64,000 bases of DNA from Betaproteobacteria bacterium (GTDB taxonomy: Bacteria; Pseudomonadota; Gammaproteobacteria; Burkholderiales; Usitatibacteraceae), in the NCBI GenBank assembly GCA_040006575.1, contig JBDTWS010000002.1, positions 1,380 through 65,379 of the forward strand. The letters are read 5' to 3'. Of this stretch, positions 1-10,113 are shown piece after piece; position 1 is the first letter of the stretch; every line of letters begins with the position of its first letter. A program made the position numbers and the translations under genes. The notes below the pieces were generated by a model, which worked only from the letters and a program-made list of their open reading frames with translations, was not told the DNA's origin and made no database searches.

Positions 1-182
1 ACGGCGGGCCCGGATTCGCGCACGTGGCCGTAGGCTGTTTTGCGGCCTTCGCTAAATATGCCAAGCTCATTGAGCTTAAGAACAAAGGTTTGTGAGCCGC
101 TTGGCGCCGCCTCGCCGGATGCGCGCTGGTAAAATAGCCGATTAACGATTGATGCCGCCGAATGCGCGGCCCGGGATTTGTC

Positions 183-1253
183 ATGATCATCGTCACCGGC
201 GGCGCCGGATTTATCGGTTCTAATTTCATTCACGCCTGGCTGGCCGCAGGCCTGGGTCCAGTCGTCAACCTCGACAAGCTGACCTACGCGGGCAACCTCC
301 AGTCACTGGCGGATATCTCGCACCATCCCGACTATCGATTTGTCCACGCCGACATCGGTGATCGCACGCGCATTCACGCGCTGCTGCGGGAAGCGCGACC
401 GACCGCCATCCTCAATTTCGCTGCCGAAAGCCATGTGGATCGCTCAATTCACAGCGCCGGCGATTTCATCCAGACCAACATCGTCAGTACCTTCAACCTG
501 CTGGAGGAGGTGAGGGCGTATTGGGGAGAGCTTGCCGATAGCGAGAAGGCCGATTTTCGTTTCCTGCACGTGTCCACCGATGAGGTTTACGGCTCGCTGG
601 GTGCGGACGATGCGGCGTTCACGGAACAACACCGGTATGAGCCGAACAGCCCGTATTCAGCATCGAAGGCCGCGTCGGATCACCTGGTGCGCGCCTATCA
701 CCACACCTACCATTTGCCGGTGCTGACCACCAATTGTTCAAACAATTACGGGCCCTATCACTTCCCCGAAAAATTGATTCCGCTGGTGATCCTTAACGCG
801 CTGGCCGGCAAGCCGCTGCCGGTCTATGGCGACGGACAAAATGTACGCGACTGGCTGTATGTCAGCGATCATTGCGCGGCTATCCGCATGGTGCTGGCCG
901 GCGGAAAACCGGGTGAGACGTACAACGTGGGCGGGCGCAATGAGCGAACCAATCTTGAGGTGGTCAATGTGATTTGCACATTGCTCGATGAGCTGCAACC
1001 GCGTGTGGATGGCAAGCGTTATGCGGCGCAGATCACTTTCGTTGCCGATCGCCCGGGCCATGACCGCCGTTACGCGATCGACGCATCGCGCCTCGAGTCC
1101 GAGCTGGGCTGGCGCGCGCAGGAAAATTTCGAGAGCGGAATTCGCAAAACAGTCGAGTGGTACCTTGCCAACCCGGAATGGGTGCGGTCCGTGACGAGCG
1201 GCGATTACCGGCAGTGGATGCAGCAACAATATGGAACGAAGGCTGCGGCATGA
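183..1253 (+). CDS. rfbB: dTDP-glucose 4,6-dehydratase
   Basis: ORF 162..1253. The in-frame ATG at 183 gives [15 protein letters not shown] (Rossmann GxxGxxG). YSASKAASD supplies the SDR YxxxK motif. The ORF is RmlB-like along its whole length. Its stop overlaps the rfbA start (ATGA at 1250-1253). Confidence 0.95.
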   Translation: MIIVTGGAGFIGSNFIHAWLAAGLGPVVNLDKLTYAGNLQSLADISHHPDYRFVHADIGDRTRIHALLREARPTAILNFAAESHVDRSIHSAGDFIQTNIVSTFNLLEEVRAYWGELADSEKADFRFLHVSTDEVYGSLGADDAAFTEQHRYEPNSPYSASKAASDHLVRAYHHTYHLPVLTTNCSNNYGPYHFPEKLIPLVILNALAGKPLPVYGDGQNVRDWLYVSDHCAAIRMVLAGGKPGETYNVGGRNERTNLEVVNVICTLLDELQPRVDGKRYAAQITFVADRPGHDRRYAIDASRLESELGWRAQENFESGIRKTVEWYLANPEWVRSVTSGDYRQWMQQQYGTKAAA

Positions 1254-2131
1254 AGCGCAAAGGAATCATCCTGGCTGGTGGCAGCGGCACGCGCCTGTAC
1301 CCGGTAACCCAAGTTGTTTCAAAACAACTGCTGCCGATTTACGACAAGCCGATGGTGTACTACCCGTTGTCCACCCTGATGCTCGCGGGCATACAGGACA
1401 TCCTGATCATCTCGACGCCGCACGATATGCCGCAATTCCAGGAATTGCTCGGTGATGGAAAGAAGTGGGGTCTTTCGCTTTCCTATGCGGTGCAGCCCTC
1501 GCCCGACGGACTCGCGCAGGCATTTCACATCGGCAAGGATTTTGTCGGCAACGCTGATTCAGCGCTGATACTGGGCGACAACATTTTCTATGGCCATGAC
1601 CTCTCCGTATCGCTGCAGCGTGCGCACGAAAAATCAACGGGCGCCACGGTGTTCGCCTATCCCGTCCATGATCCGGAACGCTATGGCGTCGCCGAATTCG
1701 ATGCCGCGGGCAAAGTCATTTCGCTGGAGGAAAAGCCGGCAAAGCCGAAATCGCGCTATGCGGTTACGGGCATTTATTTTTACGATAACCAGGTGTGTGA
1801 CCTCGCGCGTTCGTTGAAACCTTCCACGCGCGGCGAACTGGAAATCACCGACCTGAACCGTCTTTATCTCGAACAAGGTTCGCTGACCTGCGAGGTCATG
1901 GGACGCGGCATGGCGTGGCTGGATACCGGCACGCATGAGTCGCTGCTGGAAGCCTCGCAATACATCGCTACCATCGAGCGGCGCCAGGGCCTCAAGGTCG
2001 CGTGCCCCGAGGAAATCGCATTTCGCCAGGGTTGGATTTCAGCAGAGGACATCCAGGCGCTCGCCAAGCCCATGTTGAAAAACGGTTACGGGCAATACCT
2101 GATGCAGATGCTCGCTGAGCGCGTGTTCTAG
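1250..2131 (+). CDS. rfbA: glucose-1-phosphate thymidylyltransferase
   Basis: Internal ATG at 1250 of ORF 1157..2131 gives [18 protein letters not shown], the nucleotidyltransferase G-rich loop. Length (~293 aa) is typical of RmlA and the gene sits in an rfb operon. Confidence 0.95.
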   Translation: MKRKGIILAGGSGTRLYPVTQVVSKQLLPIYDKPMVYYPLSTLMLAGIQDILIISTPHDMPQFQELLGDGKKWGLSLSYAVQPSPDGLAQAFHIGKDFVGNADSALILGDNIFYGHDLSVSLQRAHEKSTGATVFAYPVHDPERYGVAEFDAAGKVISLEEKPAKPKSRYAVTGIYFYDNQVCDLARSLKPSTRGELEITDLNRLYLEQGSLTCEVMGRGMAWLDTGTHESLLEASQYIATIERRQGLKVACPEEIAFRQGWISAEDIQALAKPMLKNGYGQYLMQMLAERVF

Positions 2132-2142
2132 GGTTACGTTGC

Positions 2143-2694
2143 ATGAATGTCATCGACACGGCGATCGCCGATGTAAAGATTCTTGAGCCCAAAGTGTTTG
2201 GCGATGAACGCGGTTTCTTTTTTGAAAGTTTCAACGAACAGAATTTTCGCAATGCAATCGGCACCGATGCTGTTTTTGTCCAGGACAATCATTCGAAGTC
2301 GGTCAAGGGCGTGTTGCGCGGCCTGCACTACCAGATCCAGCAGTCGCAGGGAAAATTGGTGAGGGTCGTCGCGGGCGAAGTGTTCGACGTGGCGGTGGAT
2401 ATTCGACGCAGTTCGCCCACATTTGGCCGGCATGTCGCCCTGCGCCTGTCGGCCGAAAACAAACGCATGCTCTGGGTTCCCGCCGGTTTTGCACACGGCT
2501 TCGTGGTGACGTCCGACAGCGCGGAATTCCTGTACAAAACCACGGACTACTACGCCCCGCAGCACGATCGCAGCCTGCTCTGGAACGACCCGGCGCTGGC
2601 CATCGACTGGCCGATCGCGGAAACAGGCACACCGCAACTCAAGCCCGCGGACATCAACGGCAAGCGGCTCGCCGAGGCTGAGCTGTTCGACTGA
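2143..2694 (+). CDS. rfbC: dTDP-4-dehydrorhamnose 3,5-epimerase
   Basis: 183 aa cupin with FGDERGFFFESF, RGLHYQ and GFAHGF motifs typical of RmlC. Confidence 0.95.
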   Translation: MNVIDTAIADVKILEPKVFGDERGFFFESFNEQNFRNAIGTDAVFVQDNHSKSVKGVLRGLHYQIQQSQGKLVRVVAGEVFDVAVDIRRSSPTFGRHVALRLSAENKRMLWVPAGFAHGFVVTSDSAEFLYKTTDYYAPQHDRSLLWNDPALAIDWPIAETGTPQLKPADINGKRLAEAELFD

Positions 2695-3614
2695 TGGGCA
2701 TTGCAGCAGACACGCCACGCATCTTGATCACGGGAGCCGATGGGCAGCTGGGTTGGGAGCTACAGCGTTCATTCGCATCGGAAGGCGAAATATTTGCCTT
2801 TGACCGTTCGGCGATGGACCTGTCATCACCCGACGCTATCCGTTCCCGTTGCCGTGAAATCCGGCCCACGCTGATCCTGAATGCGGGCGCATATACCGCC
2901 GTGGACAAGGCTGAGTCTGAGCCGGACATGGCCATGCGCATCAATGGTGAAGCGCCCGGAATACTTGCCGAAGAGGCGAACAAACTCAATGCCGTGCTGG
3001 TCCATTACTCAACCGATTATGTTTTCGACGGAACCGCAGGCTCGCCGTACCGGGAGACAGACACTACTGCACCGCAAAACGTTTACGGCCGAACCAAGCT
3101 CGCCGGTGAACAAGCCGTAAGCACAATGGCGAAGCGCTTTGCCACATTCCGCACGAGCTGGCTGTACGGAAACCGTCGTCACAATTTCATGCTCACCATG
3201 TTGCGTCTTGCGCGGGAGCGCGAAGAGCTGCGCGTGGTGGCCGATCAAACCGGTTCGCCAACCTGGGTGCGCGCTGTCGCCGAAGCGACACGAGAATGCG
3301 TGCAGTCAGGCGCGTTGCGCATTGAGCCGGGCATCTATCACCTCACTGCAAACGGCCAAACGACCTGGCACGGTTTTGCGACTGCGATCCTGGATGGGAC
3401 CGCCGGTGAGCCACGCCTCGCGCAGCGCGTGGTGGCCATCAACAGCGGTGAACTCGCGATGCCGGCCAAGCGACCGAGCTACTCGGTTTTGTCACTAAGC
3501 AAACTGGAACTTGCCCTGGGCCATGAAATGACTGACTGGCAAGAGCAACTGCGGCGGTGCATTGCGGAGAGAAAATCGATAGACTCCAGCACCGGGGCGG
3601 CTTCCGTGGCATAA
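2694..3614 (+). CDS. rfbD: dTDP-4-dehydrorhamnose reductase
   Basis: ILITGADGQLG Rossmann loop, STDYVFDG and YGRTKLAGE (YxxxK). The start overlaps the rfbC stop by 1 nt (TGATG). Confidence 0.9.
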   Translation: MGIAADTPRILITGADGQLGWELQRSFASEGEIFAFDRSAMDLSSPDAIRSRCREIRPTLILNAGAYTAVDKAESEPDMAMRINGEAPGILAEEANKLNAVLVHYSTDYVFDGTAGSPYRETDTTAPQNVYGRTKLAGEQAVSTMAKRFATFRTSWLYGNRRHNFMLTMLRLAREREELRVVADQTGSPTWVRAVAEATRECVQSGALRIEPGIYHLTANGQTTWHGFATAILDGTAGEPRLAQRVVAINSGELAMPAKRPSYSVLSLSKLELALGHEMTDWQEQLRRCIAERKSIDSSTGAASVA

Positions 3615-3870
3615 ATGGCCTGCGGGCCGCCATAGTGCTGGAGTTTGACGGAATATTTCGAGTTTGGCTGGAGAATGTTGTAGGACAATCCCCAAAGTAT
3701 CGCTTTTTGCATGCGAATGTAATTGTCGCGAACTCCTTCGCGCCTACGGGAGTCTTTAGTGGGCTCTGTGAGTTCTTATCCATCCGCAGCGCCAATCGAC
3801 CCCGGCCGCCAAGTGCGTCACTGCTATACTCGCTGTCCCGTATTTTGGCTTAATAATCAAAGGCATCGTT

Positions 3871-5646
3871 TTGCTTAACCCTGTTGAAAATCCTGTAGAC
3901 CCGATTGGCGAAAGCGCGCCGGTGCCGATGCTCAAGCTCGGCGAGACGCTCATGTCGCAAGGCAAGCTGGACATCGCCAACCTGGACCGCGCGCTGAAGG
4001 TGCAGGAGTCGGCAAGCATTGCCGGTTCAACGCACGAAAAACTGGGCTCCATCCTGACTCGCATGGGCATGATCTCGGGCCGTGACCTGGCGGAAGCATT
4101 GGCACGCCAGCGCGGCTGGACCATCGTTGAGTCCACCGAATTTCCCGAGCTGCCGATACTGGAAGAAACGGTCTCATCGCGTTTCCTGCAGGAAGCGCGC
4201 GCCATCCCGGTTACCGAAACGGAAAGTGAAGTTGTGCTGGCGATGACCGATCCGGCGGATCAATTCACCTTGCGCGCCCTGGCGGCCGCAACCCGCAAAA
4301 CCATCGTGCCGAAACTGCTTTCCTCCACCGATTTCGATGCGGTGTATGAGCGTTTGTACGGTAGCGGAAAATCATCGATGGGCCAGATCGTCGACAACAT
4401 CGCCACGCGCGATGATGAACAGGATTTTGGCGATATCGAGCAACTGAAAGACCTGGCGTCGGAAGCGCCCGTTATCCGGCTGGTAAACCTGATCATCAAT
4501 CACGCGCTGGAACGGCGCGCGTCTGATATTCATATCGAGCCGTTCGAGAACCGCCTCATCGTGCGCTACCGCATCGACGGCGTATTGCACGAAACCGAAT
4601 CGCCGCCGCGCCGCCTATCCGCGGCCGTGATTTCGCGCATCAAGATCATGGCGACGCTGGATATCGCCGAACGCCGCCTGCCGCAGGACGGACGCATCAA
4701 GCTGCGCATCCAGGGCAAGGAAATCGATTTGCGCGTTTCCACCGTGCCCACCATGCACGGTGAAAGTGTGGTGATGCGTATTCTCGACAAGGGCGGCGTG
4801 GCGCTGGATTTCCATGCGCTTGGATTCGACGAAGACAACCTTAAAGTTTTCATTTCGATCCTCGAGCAGCCGCACGGCATCCTGCTGGTGACCGGCCCGA
4901 CTGGTAGCGGTAAAACCACGACGCTGTACACGGCGCTGGATCGCCTCAACAAGCCCGACGTAAAAATTCTCACCGTCGAGGACCCGGTCGAATACCAGAT
5001 GGCCGGTATCAACCAGATCCAGGTGAAGCCGCAAATCGATCTCACCTTCGCCAACGCGCTTCGCTCCATCGTGCGGCAGGATCCCGACGTCATCATGATC
5101 GGTGAAATTCGCGATCTGGAAACGGCCCAGATTGCGGTGCAGTCCGCCCTCACGGGACATATGGTGCTGTCCACCATCCACACCAACGATGCGGCGGCGA
5201 CGATTAACCGCCTGCTCGACATGGGCGTGGAAGATTACCTGTTGACGTCGACCATCGTCGGCATCCAGGCGCAGCGGCTGGTGCGCACGCTGTGCCCACA
5301 TTGCAAGGAGGCGTATCACCCTGTCGATGAACTGGTGCAACAGCTGAACCTGAAGCGCTTTGTGCGCAAACCCCAGGCGGAATCCGGTAAACCGCTGTCG
5401 CTTTTTCATGCCAAGGGATGCGAGCACTGCGCGCATACCGGCTACTTCGGCCGCCAGTCGATCATGGAAGTTTTGCCGATGACCGATAGTTTGAGGAGCC
5501 TCATCATGCGGCACGCCACGTCGTCTGAATTGCGTTCCGCCGCCATTGCCGAGGGCATGGAGACCATGTACGAAAACGGTCTCAAGCAGGCCGTCGGCGG
5601 CATCACCACGATTGAAGAAGTCTTGCGCGTCACGCGCGAAGACTAG
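3871..5646 (+). CDS. gspE: type II secretion ATPase GspE, with N-terminal T2SSE_N/MshEN-type domain
   Basis: Walker A GPTGSGKTTTLY, Walker B-like VIMIGEIRD, His box GHMVLSTIHTND, and a tetracysteine zinc motif CPHCK...GCEHCAHTGY. The start is uncertain: TTG at 3871 or ATG at 3928 (MLKLGETLMSQGKL). Confidence 0.9.
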   Translation: MLNPVENPVDPIGESAPVPMLKLGETLMSQGKLDIANLDRALKVQESASIAGSTHEKLGSILTRMGMISGRDLAEALARQRGWTIVESTEFPELPILEETVSSRFLQEARAIPVTETESEVVLAMTDPADQFTLRALAAATRKTIVPKLLSSTDFDAVYERLYGSGKSSMGQIVDNIATRDDEQDFGDIEQLKDLASEAPVIRLVNLIINHALERRASDIHIEPFENRLIVRYRIDGVLHETESPPRRLSAAVISRIKIMATLDIAERRLPQDGRIKLRIQGKEIDLRVSTVPTMHGESVVMRILDKGGVALDFHALGFDEDNLKVFISILEQPHGILLVTGPTGSGKTTTLYTALDRLNKPDVKILTVEDPVEYQMAGINQIQVKPQIDLTFANALRSIVRQDPDVIMIGEIRDLETAQIAVQSALTGHMVLSTIHTNDAAATINRLLDMGVEDYLLTSTIVGIQAQRLVRTLCPHCKEAYHPVDELVQQLNLKRFVRKPQAESGKPLSLFHAKGCEHCAHTGYFGRQSIMEVLPMTDSLRSLIMRHATSSELRSAAIAEGMETMYENGLKQAVGGITTIEEVLRVTRED

Positions 5647-5660
5647 GCGCGGAACCCCTC

Positions 5661-6914
5661 ATGCCGATGTACCAGTACAAGGCGGTATCGCCTGCCGGTG
5701 AAATCAAGGAAGGTGTGCTCGAGGGCGTCACGCACTCAGGCGTCATTGCGCACCTGCAATCGCTGGGGCTGATACCGATTCGCGCGGCGGAAGTGGGTGT
5801 GGATGGCGTGGGCGCACCCGCTTTTTCGGCGACAGCGCCTGGAACATCGAAACCAGCATTTACGCTTGGTGGTCGAGGCAAGGTCAGCCAGGGCGATCTG
5901 CGCCTGATTACGCGCGAACTTGCCACGCTGCTGCGTGCCGGACTCGCGCTCGATCGCAGCATGGAAATCCTGATTCGCCTCTCCGAAAAGAAAAATGCCT
6001 CGGAGTTGCTGACTGAAATTCGCAATGACGTTCGCGGTGGTTCTTCGCTGTCGAAAGCGCTCGACAAGCATCGCGACGTGTTTTCACGTTTCTATATCAA
6101 CATGGTGAGAGCGGGCGAAGCGGGTGGATCGCTCGCCAATGTGCTGCTGCGGCTGGCCGACTACATGGAGAGCGCATCGGAGTTGAAAGAGAGTGTGATC
6201 TCGGCGCTGATCTATCCGGCCATCCTTTTTTTCGTGGCGGTGTCTTCCGTTCTCGTGCTGGTTATCTTTGTCGTGCCGCAGTTCAAGCAGATTTTCGATC
6301 AGTCCGGCAAAGCGCTGCCGATCGTGACGGACATGGTGCTGACGACCGGTGTGTTCCTGCGTCACAACTGGCCCATCATTCTCGCCGGTGTAGTGCTGGC
6401 TATCTGGCTGTTTGCACGTTCATTTGCAAAACCGGAAAACCGTGCGCGATGGGATGCGAGATTTTTGGGCTGGCCCGTCGCAGGCAACCTGATTGCCAAG
6501 GTGGAAATGGCGCGCTTCTCGCGTTCACTGGCGACGCTGCTGCAAAACGGCGTGCCATTGCTGACGGGGCTCGCGATTCTCAAGGACACACTGGGCAATG
6601 CGGTGTTTCGCAATGCCGTCGAAATCATCTCGCGCGATCTCAAGGAAGGCCGCGGCATGACCAAGCCGATGATGGAAGCCGGCGTTTTTCCCAAGCTGGC
6701 CGTGCAGATGATCGGCGTGGGTGAAGAAACCGGCAAGCTCGATGAAATGCTTTACCAGGTGGCGGAAGTGTATGACCGCGAAGTCGCGGCCGCCGTAAAG
6801 CGCGCTCTCGCGCTGATCGAGCCGGTGATGATCGTCGGGCTCGCGTTATTGATCGGCGGCATCATCATGTCCCTGCTGGTTGCCATGTTCGGTTTGATGG
6901 ACATACCGCTTTAA
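5661..6914 (+). CDS. gspF: type II secretion inner-membrane platform protein GspF
   Basis: 417 aa with two T2SSF-type repeats and three hydrophobic segments. It lies immediately after gspE. Confidence 0.9.
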   Translation: MPMYQYKAVSPAGEIKEGVLEGVTHSGVIAHLQSLGLIPIRAAEVGVDGVGAPAFSATAPGTSKPAFTLGGRGKVSQGDLRLITRELATLLRAGLALDRSMEILIRLSEKKNASELLTEIRNDVRGGSSLSKALDKHRDVFSRFYINMVRAGEAGGSLANVLLRLADYMESASELKESVISALIYPAILFFVAVSSVLVLVIFVVPQFKQIFDQSGKALPIVTDMVLTTGVFLRHNWPIILAGVVLAIWLFARSFAKPENRARWDARFLGWPVAGNLIAKVEMARFSRSLATLLQNGVPLLTGLAILKDTLGNAVFRNAVEIISRDLKEGRGMTKPMMEAGVFPKLAVQMIGVGEETGKLDEMLYQVAEVYDREVAAAVKRALALIEPVMIVGLALLIGGIIMSLLVAMFGLMDIPL

Positions 6915-6944
6915 TCGTTTCCTTTTTTTGCCGGAGTAATCGTC

Positions 6945-7379
6945 ATGAAAAAAACTATGCATCGCAAGGGCTCGCAGGGTTTTTCCCTGATCGAAATCAT
7001 CGTTGTCATCACCATCATCGGTCTGATCGTCGGCTGGGCTGCGACACAGATTTTTGGCAAGGGCGATATGGCGCAAGCAAGAATCGCCAAAAGCAAAATC
7101 GTCGGGATGAGTGGCCCACTGGACTTGTACAAACTCGATACTGGCAAATTTCCAAATACGAGCGATGGTTTGAAGGCGCTGATTACGGCCCCGAGCGGCG
7201 TTACCAACTGGAACGGCCCATACGTGCGCAACGCCGACGAACTGAAGGACCCATGGAAAAACGATCTCATTTATCGTTCACCGGGCGCTGACAACCGCCC
7301 TTGGGAAATCGTTTCGCTGGGCTCCGACGGCCAGGAGGGTGGCGAAGGCGCCGCCCGTGACATCAAGTCCTGGGAATAA
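6945..7379 (+). CDS. gspG: major pseudopilin GspG
   Basis: Prepilin leader ending G|FSLIEIIVVITIIGLI with Glu at +5. 144 aa with GspG-like C-terminal motifs (DPWKNDLIYRSPG, GSDGQEGG). Confidence 0.9.
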   Translation: MKKTMHRKGSQGFSLIEIIVVITIIGLIVGWAATQIFGKGDMAQARIAKSKIVGMSGPLDLYKLDTGKFPNTSDGLKALITAPSGVTNWNGPYVRNADELKDPWKNDLIYRSPGADNRPWEIVSLGSDGQEGGEGAARDIKSWE

Positions 7380-7391
7380 ATAGTCCTCTCG

Positions 7392-7862
7392 ATGCAAATC
7401 ATGCGCCAACGCGGTTTCTCCCTGCTCGAAATGGTCGTGGTGATCGTTATCATCGGCCTTTCGTACACCTTGCTGCCCAAGATGGTTTTCTCGGGCGTTT
7501 CGGGTGCGGACCTGCGTTCAAATGCGCGCGCCGTTGCGAGTGGGTTGAGGATCACACGCGATACCGCGATCAACACACGGCGCGAAGCAGTAATGTCGCT
7601 TGATCTTGAAAACCGCCAGTTCACAGTGCAAAACGACACGACCGTTCACAAGCTGCATGAACTGCTGGATGTAAAGCTCTACACCTCACAAGCTGATCTG
7701 ATCACCGACAAGATGGGCAGCATTCGCTTCTACCCGGATGGGTCCTCGAACGGGGGACGCGTGACCGTGGCCGCTGGCGGGCGCGGTTTTGAAGTGGATG
7801 TTGATTGGCTGACAGGACGCGTCACCATTAAAGATGCTGCACCCGGAGATGGCCGTGGATAG
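7392..7862 (+). CDS. gspH: minor pseudopilin GspH
   Basis: Leader MQIMRQRG|FSLLEMVVVIVIIGL with Glu+5. Size and position after gspG fit GspH. Confidence 0.75.
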   Translation: MQIMRQRGFSLLEMVVVIVIIGLSYTLLPKMVFSGVSGADLRSNARAVASGLRITRDTAINTRREAVMSLDLENRQFTVQNDTTVHKLHELLDVKLYTSQADLITDKMGSIRFYPDGSSNGGRVTVAAGGRGFEVDVDWLTGRVTIKDAAPGDGRG

Positions 7863-7883
7863 GGCGTCTCGGAGGCATTTCGC

Positions 7884-8375
7884 TTGAAGAAGCGCGTAAA
7901 CAGTGCGTCTTGGCATCGCCGCCCAGCACGGGCGGGAATTTCTGCGCGCGTGCGTGGCGCGCACGGATTCTCGTTGCTGGAAGTGCTGGTGGCGTTCACG
8001 CTTTTTTCCGTCGCGCTGGGTGTGCTGATGCAAATATTTTCCCGCGGCGTAAATGGCGCGTCGATCGCAGACCATTACGCGAAGGCAACCATGTACGCGG
8101 AATCCAAACTCGCTGCGGTGGGTCTGGAAGAAGTAATCAAGGAAGGTACAACAAGCGGAAAGTTCGATGACGAAACTTATGCCTGGCAGGTGACGGTCAA
8201 GGCGTACACCGACCCCGCTCCGCGTGACCAGCTGGCGCTGGATTTTGAGAAACAGTATTACGCACAGTTGTACGAGATCGAAGCGAAGGTCACGTTCGCC
8301 ACTGATGACAGGAAAGAACGTGTCGTAAGTTTGTCCACGCTGCAGTTCGGGCCGCGAAGCAGTAATCCATCATGA
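7884..8375 (+). CDS. gspI: minor pseudopilin GspI
   Basis: G|FSLLEVLVAFTLFSV prepilin motif. Assigned by gene order. The start is uncertain because TTG at 7884 gives a long leader. Confidence 0.7.
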   Translation: MKKRVNSASWHRRPARAGISARVRGAHGFSLLEVLVAFTLFSVALGVLMQIFSRGVNGASIADHYAKATMYAESKLAAVGLEEVIKEGTTSGKFDDETYAWQVTVKAYTDPAPRDQLALDFEKQYYAQLYEIEAKVTFATDDRKERVVSLSTLQFGPRSSNPS

Positions 8376-9088
8376 AGAACCTGTTCCGCGTCCGTCGCGA
8401 TCATTGCGTTCAAGGATTTACGCTGCTGGAACTGCTGGTCGGGCTGACGCTGCTGGGCGTCTTGCTGATCCTGATTTATTCCGCACTCAATGTCGGCTTG
8501 CGCGCGTGGGACACGGGAGAGCATCGTGCCGGTGAGGCGAGTCACCAGCGCATCGTGCAGAGTTTTTTGAGGCGCGAGCTGGGACAGGTTTTTCCGGTTC
8601 GCTGGCGCGGAATCGCGGAATCGAAAATCGCCTTTGAGGGCGCAAAAAGTGAAATCAAATTTGTTACTGCATTGAATCTCGGGGCTTCAATCAAGGAGGG
8701 CGGCCTGCAGTGGGGCCATCTGTATGTGGCTGACGATCCCGAGCAAGGTCCCGATGGCAAAAGGCGGCAGTCACTGTTCCTGAAGCGGGAGGTGTTTGAT
8801 CTTCAGGCAAAGGACTGGGGCGGGCTGGATGAAGCAAAACCGACGCGCCTGATCGCCGGTGTGAAGGAAATTGAAATCTCGTATTTTGGTTCGGAAAACG
8901 ACAACACCGATCCGAAGTGGGCAAGCGAATGGGCGTTTCCACTTCGCGTGCCGACGCTTATCAAATTCGTTGTAAAGACCGACACGGGTCGGGAAGTCCC
9001 CGACCTGGTAGTGGCGCTGAAGCTGGGTGAAGAGGCCGGCTGCTATGACAATGCTTTCCAGCGCCAGTGCGCCCCGCGGAGAGCGTGA
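8372..9088 (+). CDS. gspJ: minor pseudopilin GspJ
   Basis: QG|FTLLELLVGLTLLGVL prepilin motif. ATGA overlap with gspI. The 238-aa size fits GspJ. Confidence 0.75.
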   Translation: MKNLFRVRRDHCVQGFTLLELLVGLTLLGVLLILIYSALNVGLRAWDTGEHRAGEASHQRIVQSFLRRELGQVFPVRWRGIAESKIAFEGAKSEIKFVTALNLGASIKEGGLQWGHLYVADDPEQGPDGKRRQSLFLKREVFDLQAKDWGGLDEAKPTRLIAGVKEIEISYFGSENDNTDPKWASEWAFPLRVPTLIKFVVKTDTGREVPDLVVALKLGEEAGCYDNAFQRQCAPRRA

Positions 9089-10095
9089 TGTCGATTTCAC
9101 TGCGCCCACGCCCGCGAATGCTGCACATTGCCAAACGCCAGTCGGGCATCGCATTGATCATTGTGCTGTGGATCATGACGCTGCTGATGTTGATCGCATC
9201 TTCATTCATACAGTCCATGCGCACGGAAATTAATATTGTCGGCAACTCGGTCACGCGGGCGAAGCTGGAAGCGGTGGCCAATGCCGGCGTCCAACGCGCC
9301 ATTCTTGAAATGGTGAAACCGCCGCAAATGACCGACCGCTGGAATGTTTATGGCGTGCCGCAGGAATGGAACTTCCAGGGCCAAACGGTGAAAGTCAGCA
9401 TGCTGGATGAATCGGGCAAGATCGATATCAATGTCGGCAACGAAGGGTTGCTGCGCGGCTTGTTTCGTTCGCAAGGTCTATCTGAAGAGGAGGCGGCCGC
9501 ATTGATGGATGCGATCCTCGACTGGCGCGACCTGGATACAATCAAACGCCTGCATGGCGCCGAGGAAGAGGAATACAAGGCCGCCGGCCTCACGTACAAG
9601 CCGGCGAACGCAGCCTTCCAGTCGATCGAGGAACTGCGCCTGGTCCTGGGAATGACGCCGGCACTTTTTCAGCGCATTGCGCCACTGATAACAATTTATT
9701 CCCGCCAGCCTGGCATCAATTCCCAGATAGCCTCCCGTGAAGTGCTGCGGGCGATTCCAGGCGTTTTGGAAGAGCAGATCGATGAATACATCAAGCAACG
9801 TGAGCTGGCCCGTGCCAGCAAACTTCCTGTTCCCGCGTTCGGGCCTGCAGCGCTGTTACCCAGTTTCGGGAACGGTGTCATGAATGTAAGGGTCGAAGCC
9901 AGCAGCGAAGATGGAACGACATTCGTTCGGGAAGCGGTAGTGCTGCGCTTGCCCTTTCCCAAGCGTTCCTATACCTTCCTGCGCTGGCAGGAAGGCGCTC
10001 CCCTCGATAACTCAATCATCCCCTCTACCGCTATCCCGCCGGCAACGGCGTCCGGGATTGGCAAGGTTGCTGTCAATGACGGCAAGAGCCGGTAA
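9088..10095 (+). CDS. gspK: minor pseudopilin GspK
   Basis: RQSG|IALIIVLWIMTLLML lacks Glu+5, as expected for GspK. Large periplasmic domain of about 335 aa. ATG at 9088 overlaps the gspJ stop (TGATG); an alternative ATG lies at 9121. Confidence 0.8.
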   Translation: MSISLRPRPRMLHIAKRQSGIALIIVLWIMTLLMLIASSFIQSMRTEINIVGNSVTRAKLEAVANAGVQRAILEMVKPPQMTDRWNVYGVPQEWNFQGQTVKVSMLDESGKIDINVGNEGLLRGLFRSQGLSEEEAAALMDAILDWRDLDTIKRLHGAEEEEYKAAGLTYKPANAAFQSIEELRLVLGMTPALFQRIAPLITIYSRQPGINSQIASREVLRAIPGVLEEQIDEYIKQRELARASKLPVPAFGPAALLPSFGNGVMNVRVEASSEDGTTFVREAVVLRLPFPKRSYTFLRWQEGAPLDNSIIPSTAIPPATASGIGKVAVNDGKSR

Positions 10096-10113
10096 TCCCG
10101 CAGCCCATTTCCT

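Noticed and set aside
26-37. An ops/JUMPStart-like sequence GGCCGTAGGCTG about 150 nt upstream of rfbB. The RfaH ops consensus is GGCGGTAGnnTG.
   Set aside because: It has one mismatch in the conserved 8-mer. By a rough estimate, matches with up to one mismatch are expected a few times by chance on two strands of 64 kb. It may also lie inside the 3' end of an upstream gene (frame-3 ORF open from the window edge to 95). A weaker CGGTAGC core at 37247-37253 upstream of the ligase gene was rejected for the same reason.
1-95. A possible 3' end of an upstream + strand gene (frame 3: ...GFAHVAVGCFAAFAKYAKLIELKNKGL*).
   Set aside because: Only 30 codons are visible and there is no recognisable motif, so it cannot be supported as a feature.
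3636-3648. A 13-nt identity (TGCTGGAGTTTGA) shared between the rfbD-gspE intergenic region and 43184-43196 downstream of the tricorn-like gene, considered as a possible REP or IS-end repeat.
   Set aside because: Exact 13-mers shared between two sites are expected many times by chance in 64 kb. The flanking similarity is patchy and no inverted partner or transposase is present.
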